Shown here one piece after another: positions 12,991-25,255 of a stretch of DNA of 64,000 nucleotides. How positions within the stretch are numbered: the stretch's first letter is position 1; every line of letters begins with the position of its first letter. The position numbers were made by a program, and so were the translations under genes. The notes beneath the pieces are model-generated. The model saw only the letters and a list, made by a program, of their open reading frames with translations, searched no databases and was not told the origin of the DNA. This stretch comes from Octopus vulgaris (taxonomy: Eukaryota): contig OX597815.1 in NCBI GenBank assembly GCA_951406725.2, positions 176,948,001 to 177,012,000 on the forward strand, given 5' to 3'.

Positions 12991-14231
12991 ACACCAGGTT
13001 TAGTCAAAAGGTGTCTTTCGTAGTCAAAGCTTTAATAGTTCAAACAGCATTACATAGGAAAAGTGCTTATTTCTCAAACAGGAAAAGTATTTTTTGCCAT
13101 CGTTGTGCCAAAAGTCGACCCCATGCTTATGGCTTTAGGCTGATTTAGAGGCAAAACAAGACCCTGCTGCTGTTTTCAACTTCTTATTGTTGAATGTCCA
13201 GGAAATGAGCCATTCCTTAGAAAGTTTGGTAATCTACTGGTGAAAGATCTGGATGGTATACAGGATGGGGTAGCACTTGCAGCCCCTCATGTTTCTCACG
13301 TTTACCTTTAGTCATATTAGCAGTGTATCCTGGGGAATTGTCATGTTGTAGGAACGCGGATCGTCGATTAACGAATGCCGGGTAGCGAGCTTTCAAAGCT
13401 TCATATACTCGCTGCAAGAGCTGGTCATGAAGGTAAGTGTTCACAGCATGACCATCTGAGACAAACTCAATGGACAATACCCTCTCGAAATTCCACCAAA
13501 CGAACAACATAAGCCTCTGTTAAAAACGCCCTGGTTTGAAAACAGAGTTTGAAGCCTGGCGCAATGAAACCACTTATTTGTCGCATTAGGATTACGAAAA
13601 ATAAATCTACTTTTCATCCCCAGTTACAATTTTATGCCGAAAACGGATATCTCGAAGATTTGCCACCAGTTGTTTGCAAATGTTCACACATCACTGAGCT
13701 TGGTCCTTGATCATTTCGTGAGGAACTTCTATACATCACCCATTTGCAAGGGCGAGCTTATGGATATTTTGATTTAACGATGCTTTGTGAAGGACGAAGT
13801 AATGCCTACAGAGTATGAGTGATTGTGCCTGTTTGTTTTTCAACCTTTTCTAACAAGGCCTCATTTTTCACACCAGGGAGTCTCTGCCTGACCTAGTTTT
13901 ATGTGTCCTCTTTCTTAAAACGTCTGAATCAATTTTGTGCCACACGCTCGATCTCAGCTCTTGGGGGCTTTCTGCGTTAATTTCCTTGCACTCAGATCTC
14001 CCACAAGAAGCGTAAAATGGCTCTAATTGTAATTTTTTCGCCATTCATTATCAAAACTGTAAAATAAGAGAAAATATATAATTAATATTTATATGATAAA
14101 TATAAAAATAAATAAGAAACAATCCTGCAACTATTGGACGAAAGTAAAATTAATGATAGAACATGGCGATACATGTTGCCAAAAATTATCAGGAAAAATC
14201 CGAAAAAAACACTTTTGATTCAATCTGGTAC
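12991..14231 (-). mobile_element. Degenerate full-length mariner (DD34D-type) transposon
   Basis: Peptides IVT-G-DEK*IYF (~13600-13635), MLFVWWNF, LQHDNSPGYT and HPVYHPDLSPVDY. Imperfect TIRs ACCAGGTTTAGTCAAAAG (12993) and the reverse complement of CTTTTGATTCAATCTGGT (14212-14229). Length ~1.24 kb. Confidence 0.85.
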
Positions 14232-14336
14232 ATATACATAAAATCATACACACACACGCGTACGCACTCGCACACACACACTCGCACACACGCAACACAC
14301 ACACACACACATACACACGCATACACACGCGTATGT

Positions 14337-15440
14337 ATAGGTGTTTGAAATAATACTGGGAAAGTTGCTAAATATAAATTTTATTTAATTCCGATTTGGT
14401 TTGGTATATCGGTTCCATTAATCACAGCCTGAATAGGTCAAGGAATTGATTTGTACGGATTCTGAGGAAGTCTGGGGAATTTTGAGCCATTCTTAAAGCA
14501 AAACCTGCCCAAGCGCTTTCAGCGACGATAGCAGACGGAAGCAGTTTCTCCCTTATTGCTCCAAACTGTTCAGTTATAAATGTCCAATTTATATTCGGTG
14601 TTTGCGAGGGTCACTCCAAATATCTCGATTTCACATTTCTTCTCTTCGTATTTTCTTCTGAATAGCCGAGTGAATTGTTGCATTATCGTTCTGGAAGATT
14701 GTGCTACCACCAGGAAAGTGTTTTTGTAAGGATGGATAAGATCAACCTAACATTTCAAAGAATACTTGGTGTTAATTCTATCATGTAGAAAAACTCAATA
14801 ACCAAGAAATTCAATTCTCTGATATGGCTGCCTAAATCTTTACAGAAACATAAATATACTTCTCAGTAAGAGACAATAAGTGTCGAAGGATTCTTTGGGC
14901 TGTCTCCAGACATAAATTCGCTCTGAAGTGGGCAAAACAGTAACAGATAATTCATCAAAGAGAATGATAGTGTTCCATTGAACCATTGACCACTTCCGAT
15001 AGTCTCGACATTCCTGTCTCCGCTAAATCTCTCTTGTCTGATTGAAGACAGGAGAAGTCTAGCTATTGTGTCTCTCACAAGGTACCCAGCTTTGTGGGAC
15101 TCATCTTGAACGGTTTTGGTAGGCACGTGGTTGGTGATGTGCGATTTTATCCGTAATACCGTTTTTGCTGCGTGAGTTTGGATGGTTTTTATACATATTT
15201 TGCACTATAGAGCGGATCGTCTCTGTGAACTTTGCGTTCAGTCGTGAATTATTCTTCCCAGGACTGGTTTTTACCTCGGTTTAGGAGAGGAACAGAATTT
15301 GGAGCTCTACCTTCCGAAATAAATAATTCAAAAGTTTTAGTGACAGAAGCTCCAGAAGGTCCAGGCTCCAATAATTTGTCCTCTTTGGAAATCAGATCGG
15401 TAACCACGCATTTTATGTAAACAATAGTGTATACACCCTA
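14337..15440 (-). mobile_element. Degenerate Tc1-like transposon
   Basis: Minus-strand IILFDE (~14955-14972), FQNDNATIHS (14667-14696) and E*PSQTPN (~14593-14616), corresponding to FSDE, FQQDNAPxH and WPSQSPDLN. Ends approximate. Confidence 0.6.
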
Positions 15441-16029
15441 TCCCCCACTCTCTCTCACACATAAATATATGTGTGTGTGTGTGTGTGTGTGTTCGTGTGT
15501 ATAGATTTGAACGGTTCTTAATTTCTCAATAGGAACATAGTTAAATAAAATGTGACCTTTTCACTACTTTATCCAATTCTTCTACACATACAGACACACA
15601 CACAGACACAGACAGACACACACACAGAGACACAGACAGACATCCACACAGACACAGACAGACACCCACACGCACAAACACAAATGACAGAACGACGGAA
15701 TCTCCTGTCGGAGACGTCATACGTGTCTCCAATTTTTTGCTGCCCGACTTGCACAATATATGTTTACTTTTCCTGACTTGTTAACATATAAAACATATCT
15801 TTAAATGTGTGGTTTCTGTATGAGAAATTGTTCCTGGTATTTCAAAATGCTTCGATTCCTTTTAAGTTTTAGATAATTTTTGATGAGATATTGATGAGAA
15901 ACAATTTCATTACGCTACTTCTTAGGCGACGAACAATTTTCCCTGTATTTTTTAGCACGATGTATACATGGGAAATGAATGGAATAAATGGAAGATTAAG
16001 AATTTATTTATGTCAAGAATTATCTTATT

Positions 16030-16317
16030 TTTTGTTTGTTCCTTATCGAGCCATGCCTGGCTCATAAGGGCCGGTTTCCCGGTTTCTTTGGCGTATAGGT
16101 TCCCCACCTGGACGGGACGCCGGTCCGTCGCAGGCGAGCTGCAAGATGCAGGAAGAAAGAGTGAGAGAAAGTTGTGGCGAAAGAGTCAGCAGAAGTTCGC
16201 CATTACCTTCTACCGGTGTTTCGCTCATAAACACACACATCGCCCGGTCTGAGATTCGAACACGCGATCCCTCGACCGCGAGTCCGCTGCTCTAACCACT
16301 AGGCCATGTGCCTCCAC
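16030..16317 (-). mobile_element. SINE family C, tail type 2
   Basis: Same head and body as 3228-3611. Tail CTGCGACGGACCGGCGTCCCGTCCAGG...GAAACCGGGAAACCGGCCC resembles, from memory, the Meta/V-type SINE domain. Confidence 0.8.
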
Positions 16318-16779
16318 AAGAATTATCTTATAATTCAATACAGGCCGGATGGATGTATCGCTACAATGTTTAAAACCAGAGCATACGCCGTTTCTGCTCT
16401 TTCAGATCTGCATCCAAATCTCTCAGAAGTAGACATTAACTTTCGTGTTTCTGGAAATTGTATAAACTGGCAATCAATCCTCAAATAAAAGCAATCGACT
16501 AAAGTCTGCTCTGAAATTACTATCCTTGTATCTAAATTAGAAACAATGATATAATTTCAGCCTTTGGGTGCACAGCTGGTAAAATACCGAACTAATTATC
16601 TTGTTTTTTGTGTTATGATTTAATTGGAATTATGTTGGAGGGGGTGTACTTTCGCTCCCACGCGTTCCTACTCAATTAACGACCTACTTTCTTTGTTATA
16701 TTAGATGAACTATATCCGTTTTCAGCAAAAAGTGTTATACGCTTCAATAAAAATTCAGTATTATTATGGAGAATTAGTA

Positions 16780-17175
16780 AGGCGGGGAGCTGGCAGAATC
16801 GTTAGCGTGCTGGACGAAATGCTTAGCGGTATTTTGCCCATCGCTACGTTCTGAGTTCAAATTCCGCCGAGGTCGACTTTGCCTTTCATCCTTTCGGGGT
16901 CGATTAAATAAGTACCAGTTACGCACTGGAGTCGATATAATCGACTTAATCCGTTTGTCTGTCCTTGTTTGTCCCCTCTGTGTTTAGCCCCTTGTGGGTA
17001 GTAAAGAAATAGGTATTTCGTCTGCCGCTATGTTCTGTGTTCAAATTCAGCCGAGATCGACTTTGCCTTTTATCTTTTCGGAGTCGATAAATCAAGTACC
17101 AGTTACGCACTGGGGTCAATGTAATCGACTAGTCCTCTTCCCACCAAATTTCAAGCCTTGTTCCTATAGTAGAGA
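16780..17175 (+). mobile_element. SINE family A with tandemly repeated body (dimer)
   Basis: The second unit restarts at GGTATTTCGTCTGCCG (~17012) without the 5' part of the head. Confidence 0.88.
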
Positions 17176-17397
17176 GGATTATTATGTAGACTTTTTTAAA
17201 AAAAAACCCCAAAACATGATCTCTTATAAATTTCAACATGCACTACATTTATTTGGTCTGCAATTTTATCCAAGATCGACAAAACTGGAAACCGCACTAT
17301 CAAAGTATTATGGTTTTAATTGATGTACAAAGTTTTGGGAAACGATATGACAAGAGAATGAAACAAAAATAGTAGCAACTTATATATTATACTGTAA

Positions 17398-17655
17398 ATA
17401 TTTACGTTTGACAGATATTTGTCCTCATCTTGTTTGTTGTTAACACAACGTTTTGGCTGATATACCCTCCAGCCTTCATCAGGTACCTTGGGGAAAATTT
17501 CGAACCTGGGTTCTCATTCCTAAGTTATTTTCGATGTTATTATTATTATTATTTAGGTCTCGAGATTAGTAGCCCGCGCTCTTAACCACTACACCATTTG
17601 CCCACGGGCAATAACAAAGAAGATAAAGACAAATATTCGTCAAATGTAAATAATG
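17398..17655 (-). mobile_element. Short element with terminal inverted repeat, tRNA-like segment and degenerate hammerhead (Penelope-like non-autonomous element)
   Basis: 17401-17440 is an imperfect reverse complement of ~17611-17650. Minus strand has TGGTGTAGTGGTTAAGAGCGCGGGCTACTAA and CTGATGA-a-GGCTG..CAGCC-aAAA-CG-TT. Confidence 0.55.
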
Positions 17656-18169
17656 TATTACTTAGGCTGATTAATATCTTCGAATAACATGTCAAGGTAG
17701 AATATAATATTATTTTAGATTTCTTTTGCTTACCTGTTTTATAACGTGGATTCTCCAAATAAATAATCCACAGGTAATTTTATCCCTATTTTTTGCCTCT
17801 TGGTTCAATTTTTGTTTATCTGGCATAAACAGCGCATCATCACAATTTCCTTGGGTCCCGAACAATTATATTTCTTCTCTGTTTTCTTTATACTGCAAAG
17901 CAAAATTATATTGTCAAGATTATTGCTGCGATACAGCCTTGTATTCTATATAACATAATGTCTATTCTTAAATTAAAACAAGCGAGCTATGAAGTATAGA
18001 ACTGATAACGCTATGTAGGCGTTCACCACTCCGTCTTACCTTAACGAAAAGCTTCTGCTCGACCCATTTCTGGATAAAATTGGGTACACTTATTATCTTG
18101 TCCCAGTTCTTGTCCACATTCTAGACCAAACAGGTCTATATGTCTAGTGCCCTACAGTGTTGTCTAGCA

Positions 18170-18635
<466 letters not shown>

Positions 18636-19340
18636 TACATGTATATATATATATATGTGTGTATGTGTATATATATATATATATGTGTATATATATATAT
18701 AACTACCTATATCAGTATATAGATCTAGTTAAACCATTGTCGTACTAATAGATAATATGTAATATATATGTATATATTATATATGTCCGACACTGGCTTG
18801 ACTCAAAGAAATTCGAAGTTACTATCAATAATATTCTTGTTTAAAAATGCATATTCTGTATACATACATACACACGCGCACACACACACACACACATTAT
18901 GTATGTACGTATGTATGTATGTATGTAGGTAGGTATTGAAATTATAACCTATGTTACGGGCATATTCTAAATAAACATATCGTCCATCACGCTGTGAATG
19001 CAATGCTCGTGGTTCAACCACCAACCTCTCAGCTGCAGCCAGAAGACGAGAGAGTATCAACTATTGATTGGTTTCGAATTACTTCAAAGTCATCACTAGC
19101 GTTCGTTGCCGAGATACGCTAACACATATCTACATGTACATTATGTAAACGTGATGAGGATAAAGTAGAGGTGGGTAAAAAAATTTTGACAAAAGTACAA
19201 ACTGATCGATAGCCGACTCCCTCCTGATCTCTGGATCTCCAGTTGCTGGGCGCAGTCAGATTTAAACATTGTGATTATTTTCACAGGCGGCTTAAAATAA
19301 CAGTTACAGCGTGGAACTGACAATTTATTGGTTAAAAATT

Positions 19341-19470
19341 ATATGGTTCCGGGTTCCGGGTTCAGTCCCACTGCGTGGCACCTTGGGCAGGTGTCTTCTG
19401 CTATAGCCTCGGGCCGACCAATGCCTTGTGAGTGGATTTGGTAGACGGAAACTGAAAGAAGTCTGTCGTA

Positions 19471-19527
<57 letters not shown>

Positions 19528-19733
19528 ATGTATGTGTGTGTGTTTGTCCCCCTAGCATTGCTTGACAACCGATGCTGGTGTGTTTACGTCCCCGTCACTT
19601 AGCCGTTCGGCAAAAGAGACCGATAGAATAAGTACTGGGCTTACAAAAGAATAAGTCCTGGGGTCGATTTGCTCGACTAAAGGCGGTGCTCCAGCATGTC
19701 CGCAGTCAAATGACTGAAACAAGTAAAAGAGTA
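19341..19733 (+). mobile_element. SINE family B, 5'-truncated
   Basis: Near-identical core and tail to 34563-34966. Confidence 0.9.
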
Positions 19734-19921
19734 TATATATATATATATATGAAGAGAAACTAGAATGGTATTATAGGCACTTTAGAAACCACAAAGTCGC
19801 GAAACTAGTAACTTGCTAGAAATGCATGGGCATTAGTCTGTGAAACTTGAAATTAACATGGAAGTCTTTCTTTTTGGTTTAATAATGTTTTTACTTGCCA
19901 CATACATACATGCATCCCCAC

Positions 19922-19971
<50 letters not shown>

Positions 19972-20115
19972 GTATGTGAGTGAGAGAGAAAGAGTGTAAA
20001 TGTGCGTTTCACATAGTGAGTGTGAAATATCTCCTAAATGGTTTAATATTGCGCCTAGCTGCTTTCATCAATACATACATACAAACATATATACACATTT
20101 TTCGTCATGATTGAT

Positions 20116-20288
20116 TGCTAGCCACTAAACCTTTTTCTATTTTCTCTCCCTCTTTATGTCTGTGTTCCTTTCTGTTGAAGAGCGTTGGCTCGAAATGTAA
20201 AAGACGTTCTCATTTTCCGAGCGTTAAACTAATACACCCGTTTGTTGTTTATACACCCGTCTTCGGTTTTTGTTTATTTCGTAAATTC

Positions 20289-20293
<5 letters not shown>
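20116..20293 (+). mobile_element. Short interspersed repeat family E with hammerhead-like motif
   Basis: Homologous to 59291-59493, 61590-61735 and 62869-63014 (all minus). Contains CTTT-CTGTTGA-a-GAGC-GTTG-GCTC-GAAA-TG-TA-AAAG. Confidence 0.65.
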
Positions 20294-20324
<31 letters not shown>

Positions 20325-21226
20325 TGTATCGAATAGGTCATTGGATAACGTTTCACATTGCTGGTTACTAAGCACTTGCATTTCTTTCTGGAGAGTACTC
20401 ACCTTTTTTCAACCTTGGCGAAATTCGTTTAGCTAAATCGTCATGCAGTCATTCCGAGAAGCCTTAACCAGTCTCTTGGATACCACTCGGCAATTACACG
20501 GGTCTACCTGTTGTCAGTCAAGTTTGCAACATTTCCGGCCCAGTGGAACATTAGTGAAGCTCAATCTTTTATCGTCTTAAGTTTTGGAAGAAGTTCCACA
20601 TATTCTGGTGAGTGAAAGTGAAAATGCTCTCAATGAGATGAAAGTGATAAAGAAACTATACGAAACTACCGCCCCATATACCTCTTGTATCACCTATAAA
20701 GGCTGTTTACAAAGGTCATGGTCACTCGACTATGGAAACACCTTCATGACCAGCAGCCAGGGGAATAAACAAATTTATGTAGTGCAGTACGATGGATCAC
20801 ATATTTATTTTAACACACCTCATAAAACGAGTGAATGACTACAAACTGCTTCTGTGCATTGATTTCACCAACTAGAAAAAGGCCTTCCTTAATAACCAAA
20901 CGAACACAGAGCTGAAGTCTCTGGACATGCAAGGTGTTGTGTTGCAATTCACTGAACTGTTCAGAGATTCAAAGTATGGGGGCATCACTGATATATATAT
21001 ATATATATATAAGGATATTATTGTTTATAATACTATCAGTGGCTTAGCATGCATAAAAATTCCCCATAACGTAAAAAAATATCAATTAATAATTAAGGGT
21101 AGTAACAAGCATGCTAAATAAAACATTGATGTGGTTTGGTCATTTTGGCTGCTATATTTCGCATGCCGGTATTGCTTGTTAGTACCATTCATTATTAATA
21201 CACACACGCACACACACACACATATG

Positions 21227-21287
<61 letters not shown>

Positions 21288-21291
<4 letters not shown>

Positions 21292-21432
21292 CATTCAAGC
21301 GATGCTTGTACAACCACAGGTCCTCTTTGAGGATTCGTTACATTCCTGGGCAGCCATGTGTGGAGCCTCAAAGATGAAAGGATTCCATACGATACCAAGT
21401 GGAGGATCTTCGAGAGGCCGGCTTCCTACATT
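21288..21432 (+). mobile_element. Decayed RTE-clade LINE C-terminal fragment
   Basis: SHVWSLKDERIP...RGRLP resembles the RTE motif WLGHVxRMxDxRIPK...GRP; flanked by (TA)n. Confidence 0.4.
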
Positions 21433-21433
21433 A

Positions 21434-21484
<51 letters not shown>

Positions 21485-22126
21485 ATATACACACACGTAC
21501 AGACAGACACTCACACACACACACGTACAGACAGACACTCACACACACACACAAACAGACACAGACACACACACACACATACATATCAGCTTGTTCTTTC
21601 CACAACTGTCTCCTTTTTCTGTAAAATAGAAAGACCCACACGCACATACATACACACATATATACGCATACACACGCGTGCACACTTACATGCCTTCGTG
21701 TGTGTGGGCGTATAACGTTACCACCAGACCATACGTGTATTGTTATTCGCAGATACTGTCCATCTTACAAACAACAACTTTTCCCGTTTCTGATATTTCC
21801 TTGCGTTTTGTTTATATTATTTTTGAAATGATTTACATAGATACAAAGAAAATTTATGCCTGTCCGCCATTGTTTGACTTTAGAAACAATCTCTGACCTT
21901 TTGTCGCATGTGCTTCTGTTCATCACTGTCATTTTTCTTTCTGTCCCAACTTCGAAATAGAGAAACTTGAGGATATTAAAAACTTACAATGCAAGAGGCA
22001 CAGTTGTGGTTGTGAAGTTAAGAAGCTCACTTTACAACCACGTGGTTCAGCAGCTCAGCATGGCACCCTGAACATGCGTCTTCTATAGCCAAGGACCAAC
22101 CTTAACTCCCGTAGAGGCTATCCATC

Positions 22127-22127
22127 C

Positions 22128-22225
<98 letters not shown>
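22127..22225. repeat. (ATCT)n microsatellite
   Basis: Read directly. Confidence 0.95.
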
Positions 22226-22342
22226 TTGTCTGTCTATCTGTCTCTTTATCTATCTATACATCTACCTACCTACCCCTCGCTATATATATAAGAAATTAAA
22301 AAAGGAAAATACGCACATTTACGTAGTTTTAATATAATTTTT

Positions 22343-22381
22343 AATATATCGACCGGTTTCGCTATCGCTATTCATGATATC
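22343..22381 (-). ncRNA. Minimal type-I hammerhead-like motif with A3-U8 core variant
   Basis: ATATC-ATGAATA-GC(GATA)GC-GAAA-CCGG-TC-GATAT: 5-bp stem I, palindromic helix III (ACCGGT), GUC site. Confidence 0.5.
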
Positions 22382-22534
22382 ATGTTTTACTTATTTGAAT
22401 ATATATTTTTTCTTAAGAAGAAATTTTGTCCGTGTTGTGTGTGATGAAATTCACAAGTACATAAATAAAGGGAGGTAATTGGTAGTCGTTATTATTGTTA
22501 TGTTGTGGTTATATATATATATATATATACAGCT

Positions 22535-22745
22535 ATTACTTGTTTCAGTCATTAGTTTGCTGTCATGCTGGGGCACGTTTTGAAGAATTGCAGTCGAATG
22601 AATTGACCCCATCTATGTCTTTTTTAAAGCTGGATCTATCGGCCACTTTTGTCGAACCGTTATTTTACTGGGACGTAATCGCACCAATACCAGTTGTCAA
22701 GCGCTGGTTGGGCACTCACACATAGACACAATGCACACAGACACG
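22535..22745 (-). mobile_element. SINE family B, old 3' half
   Basis: Reverse complement gives GTGCCCCAGCATGACAGC...TGACTGAAACAAGTAA and GCTTGACAAC. Confidence 0.65.
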
Positions 22746-22768
22746 CATAAATCTCTCTCTCTCTCTGC

Positions 22769-22810
<42 letters not shown>

Positions 22811-22895
22811 GTACACACAAATATGCATGTATACGTCCCCTACCCAATTCAGGATCACAACACATAAATACACTGCAACATAATTTCTTTTCCTC

Positions 22896-23164
22896 AACAG
22901 GCCCTGCCCTATTTAACATTGTGCGGATCAAAGAGGAAAAGGATCCCATCACCTTTAAACGGAATCTGGACAAATTTCTTCAAGGAATACCAGATAAGCC
23001 ATCTATACCTGGATACAACTCACTCAACAAGAACTCCCTACTCGAATGAACCATGATACCACGAAACCTAACTTAAGAATTATTTAGATAATTGTATCAA
23101 GTGGTGATATTAAGTTAAACATGGCCTGGACCAATCTTTGGTCGAAACATATCTAAGTTATCTA
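22896..23164 (+). mobile_element. 3' end of a CR1-group LINE (same family as 6232-6880)
   Basis: TGPALFNIV..KEEKDPITFKRNLDKFLQGIPDKP; 3' UTR GTGGTGATATTAAGTTAAACATGGCCTGGACCAATCTTTGGTCGAAAC, then a TATCTAAGT-like repeat. Confidence 0.85.
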
Positions 23165-23243
23165 TGTGTTCGTGTGTTACAGAAAATGAGACAACACTGC
23201 AAGGCTATGTGGAATTTTCAGGACATTTACAAAGAGAAAATTA

Positions 23244-23291
23244 GTCTTACACCTGTTTCTGGGATATTAGGTGTATCCCTTCATCAGAGAC
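23244..23291 (-). ncRNA. Minimal type-I hammerhead ribozyme motif
   Basis: GTCT-CTGATGA-a-GGGATA(cacctaa)TATCCC-a-GAAA-CAGGTG-TA-AGAC; helix III is one substitution from the palindrome ACAGCTGT. Confidence 0.65.
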
Positions 23292-23292
23292 A

Positions 23293-23335
<43 letters not shown>

Positions 23336-23436
23336 GTATATAATAATAATATTATTAGGGAGGCTAACTCCAAACTTACAGGGAAAAATTCAATTTAGTA
23401 TTAAATCAAATTTCACTGTATAAATATATAAAATAT

Positions 23437-23635
23437 AAATTAGAGGTAAAACAACTATTTTCGCAAATCAAACAGTGGTAGACATAAACCAATACATGAA
23501 TAACCAATATATATATATATTAATATATATATATTAAGATATATATATATATAAATATGTTATATATTTAAAAAAAAGTATATATTGGCTTATGTCTATC
23601 ACTCTTTGAGTTGCATAATAGTGGTTTTATCTCTA

Positions 23636-23640
<5 letters not shown>
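23437..23640. repeat. Inverted repeat with ~57-bp arms around a TA-rich spacer
   Basis: TAAATTAGAGGTAAAACAACTATT...GTAGACATAAACCAATA versus the reverse complement of 23583-23640. Confidence 0.75.
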
Positions 23641-23704
<64 letters not shown>

Positions 23705-25157
23705 GACAGACAGACAGACAGATAGATAGACAGTGATATATGTATGTATGCTTATATGTATGTAGATTTATGCATATGTGGCATAGCTTGACGTTGTTCC
23801 TTTGCTTACGTCTTGTAACGTAGCAGACCGACAAAATAAACACTATTCTTGCGACAAGTACTGACATCGATTGAATCGCATCAACTCTTCCAGGGGATAC
23901 CCCGGTTTCTATATCAGTCTATTTCCAATGACTGATCTAAGCAAAAGAATAAAACATTTTTCAGAATTTATTTACGGCTTGACATTTGTAAAGAAGGAAC
24001 ATTTGATCAAATCTATCGTATAATCGGGAGAAATTGTGCGTGTGGAAGTGAATCTTATCAGGAAATGAAGACTAAATAATTTTATATTCTTTTGACTAAC
24101 GTTGCACGGACAGTTCCAAACACCATCTCTGTCAATAAAACTAATAATAACAGTAATTCCTTAGTCAAATAGAGAGACATTTTTTAATATAGCAACAGTG
24201 GACTACATTGGCTCAAATTCTTCATTAGTAATTCATTAACTCCCACATGATTTGAAGCAAAATTGTTTTCAACAGGATTTTGAAAACAAAATGGGAAATA
24301 TCTTCATGAAATTCCACAAGGCGCTATGTCAAACGTTCGAATATTTCTGCTAACAACTGTAATGCGAATGTATATAGTTTGGAATATAAAAAAAAACACA
24401 CGTAAAACTTTGAATGCCTCCATGTTTTCTATTAAATCGATACCTACATTGCTCTATGAATATCTACATAACCTCATGTTTAGCGATGGACATCTTGATC
24501 TTATTTCAATCGCTTTCATTTCAGATTCCATAAGGCTTCTTTTCCTTGAATATGAAAGTAGTACCGAAGATTTATCGAACTACTTTGATAAAAATATTCT
24601 TACACATGGTGCCACTGACTCGTATAATGCTGAATATTTGGTGATTTAAATCTAAAATTCCCTTCAACTAATGTTAGAACATTGCTTGCTGTACAGTGTA
24701 GTTGTAGTGGAATTAGATTCCAGCTCTACGTTGTGCCTAGAAAAAACAACATCTGATTCAAAGATGGGGGATACATGGTGGGGTGGGGGATATACAACAA
24801 AAAAAATGAAAAATTCACATCTGACAAAAAGGCCTGCTTTCGAATCTCTCTTTTGGGTTTGATGTTACTGTTGAATGTATATACATTAGAGGATGTATGA
24901 ACATTGGTGAATGTACATACATTGGCAATATATATACGCTAATATCAAACAGTGAGAATGACTAAGCAACACTATATTAGTAGATGGATATTTTTGGGTT
25001 AACAAGGATACCAATGGTTTCCTGTATAAAGGAATATCTTTCCAATTATCAAGCCTGCGACATGTGAACGAGTAATAATATTGCAATGCAGCAAGCGTGA
25101 TAATTGTAAAGAGAACCCTCATTACCTAAAACCATCGGTGGCCATTTTAACCCGCAA

Positions 25158-25159
<2 letters not shown>

Positions 25160-25248
<89 letters not shown>

Positions 25249-25255
25249 CGTGCGT
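25160..25255. repeat. (TG)n microsatellite
   Basis: Read directly. Confidence 0.95.

Noticed and set aside
19058-19105. Hammerhead-like GTGATGA...GAAACCAATC on the minus strand
   Set aside because: The 3-8 pair is broken, helix III is not palindromic and stem I is poor; at best a decayed relic.
20340-20980. Possible old RT fragment
   Set aside because: No unambiguous RT motif is recoverable.
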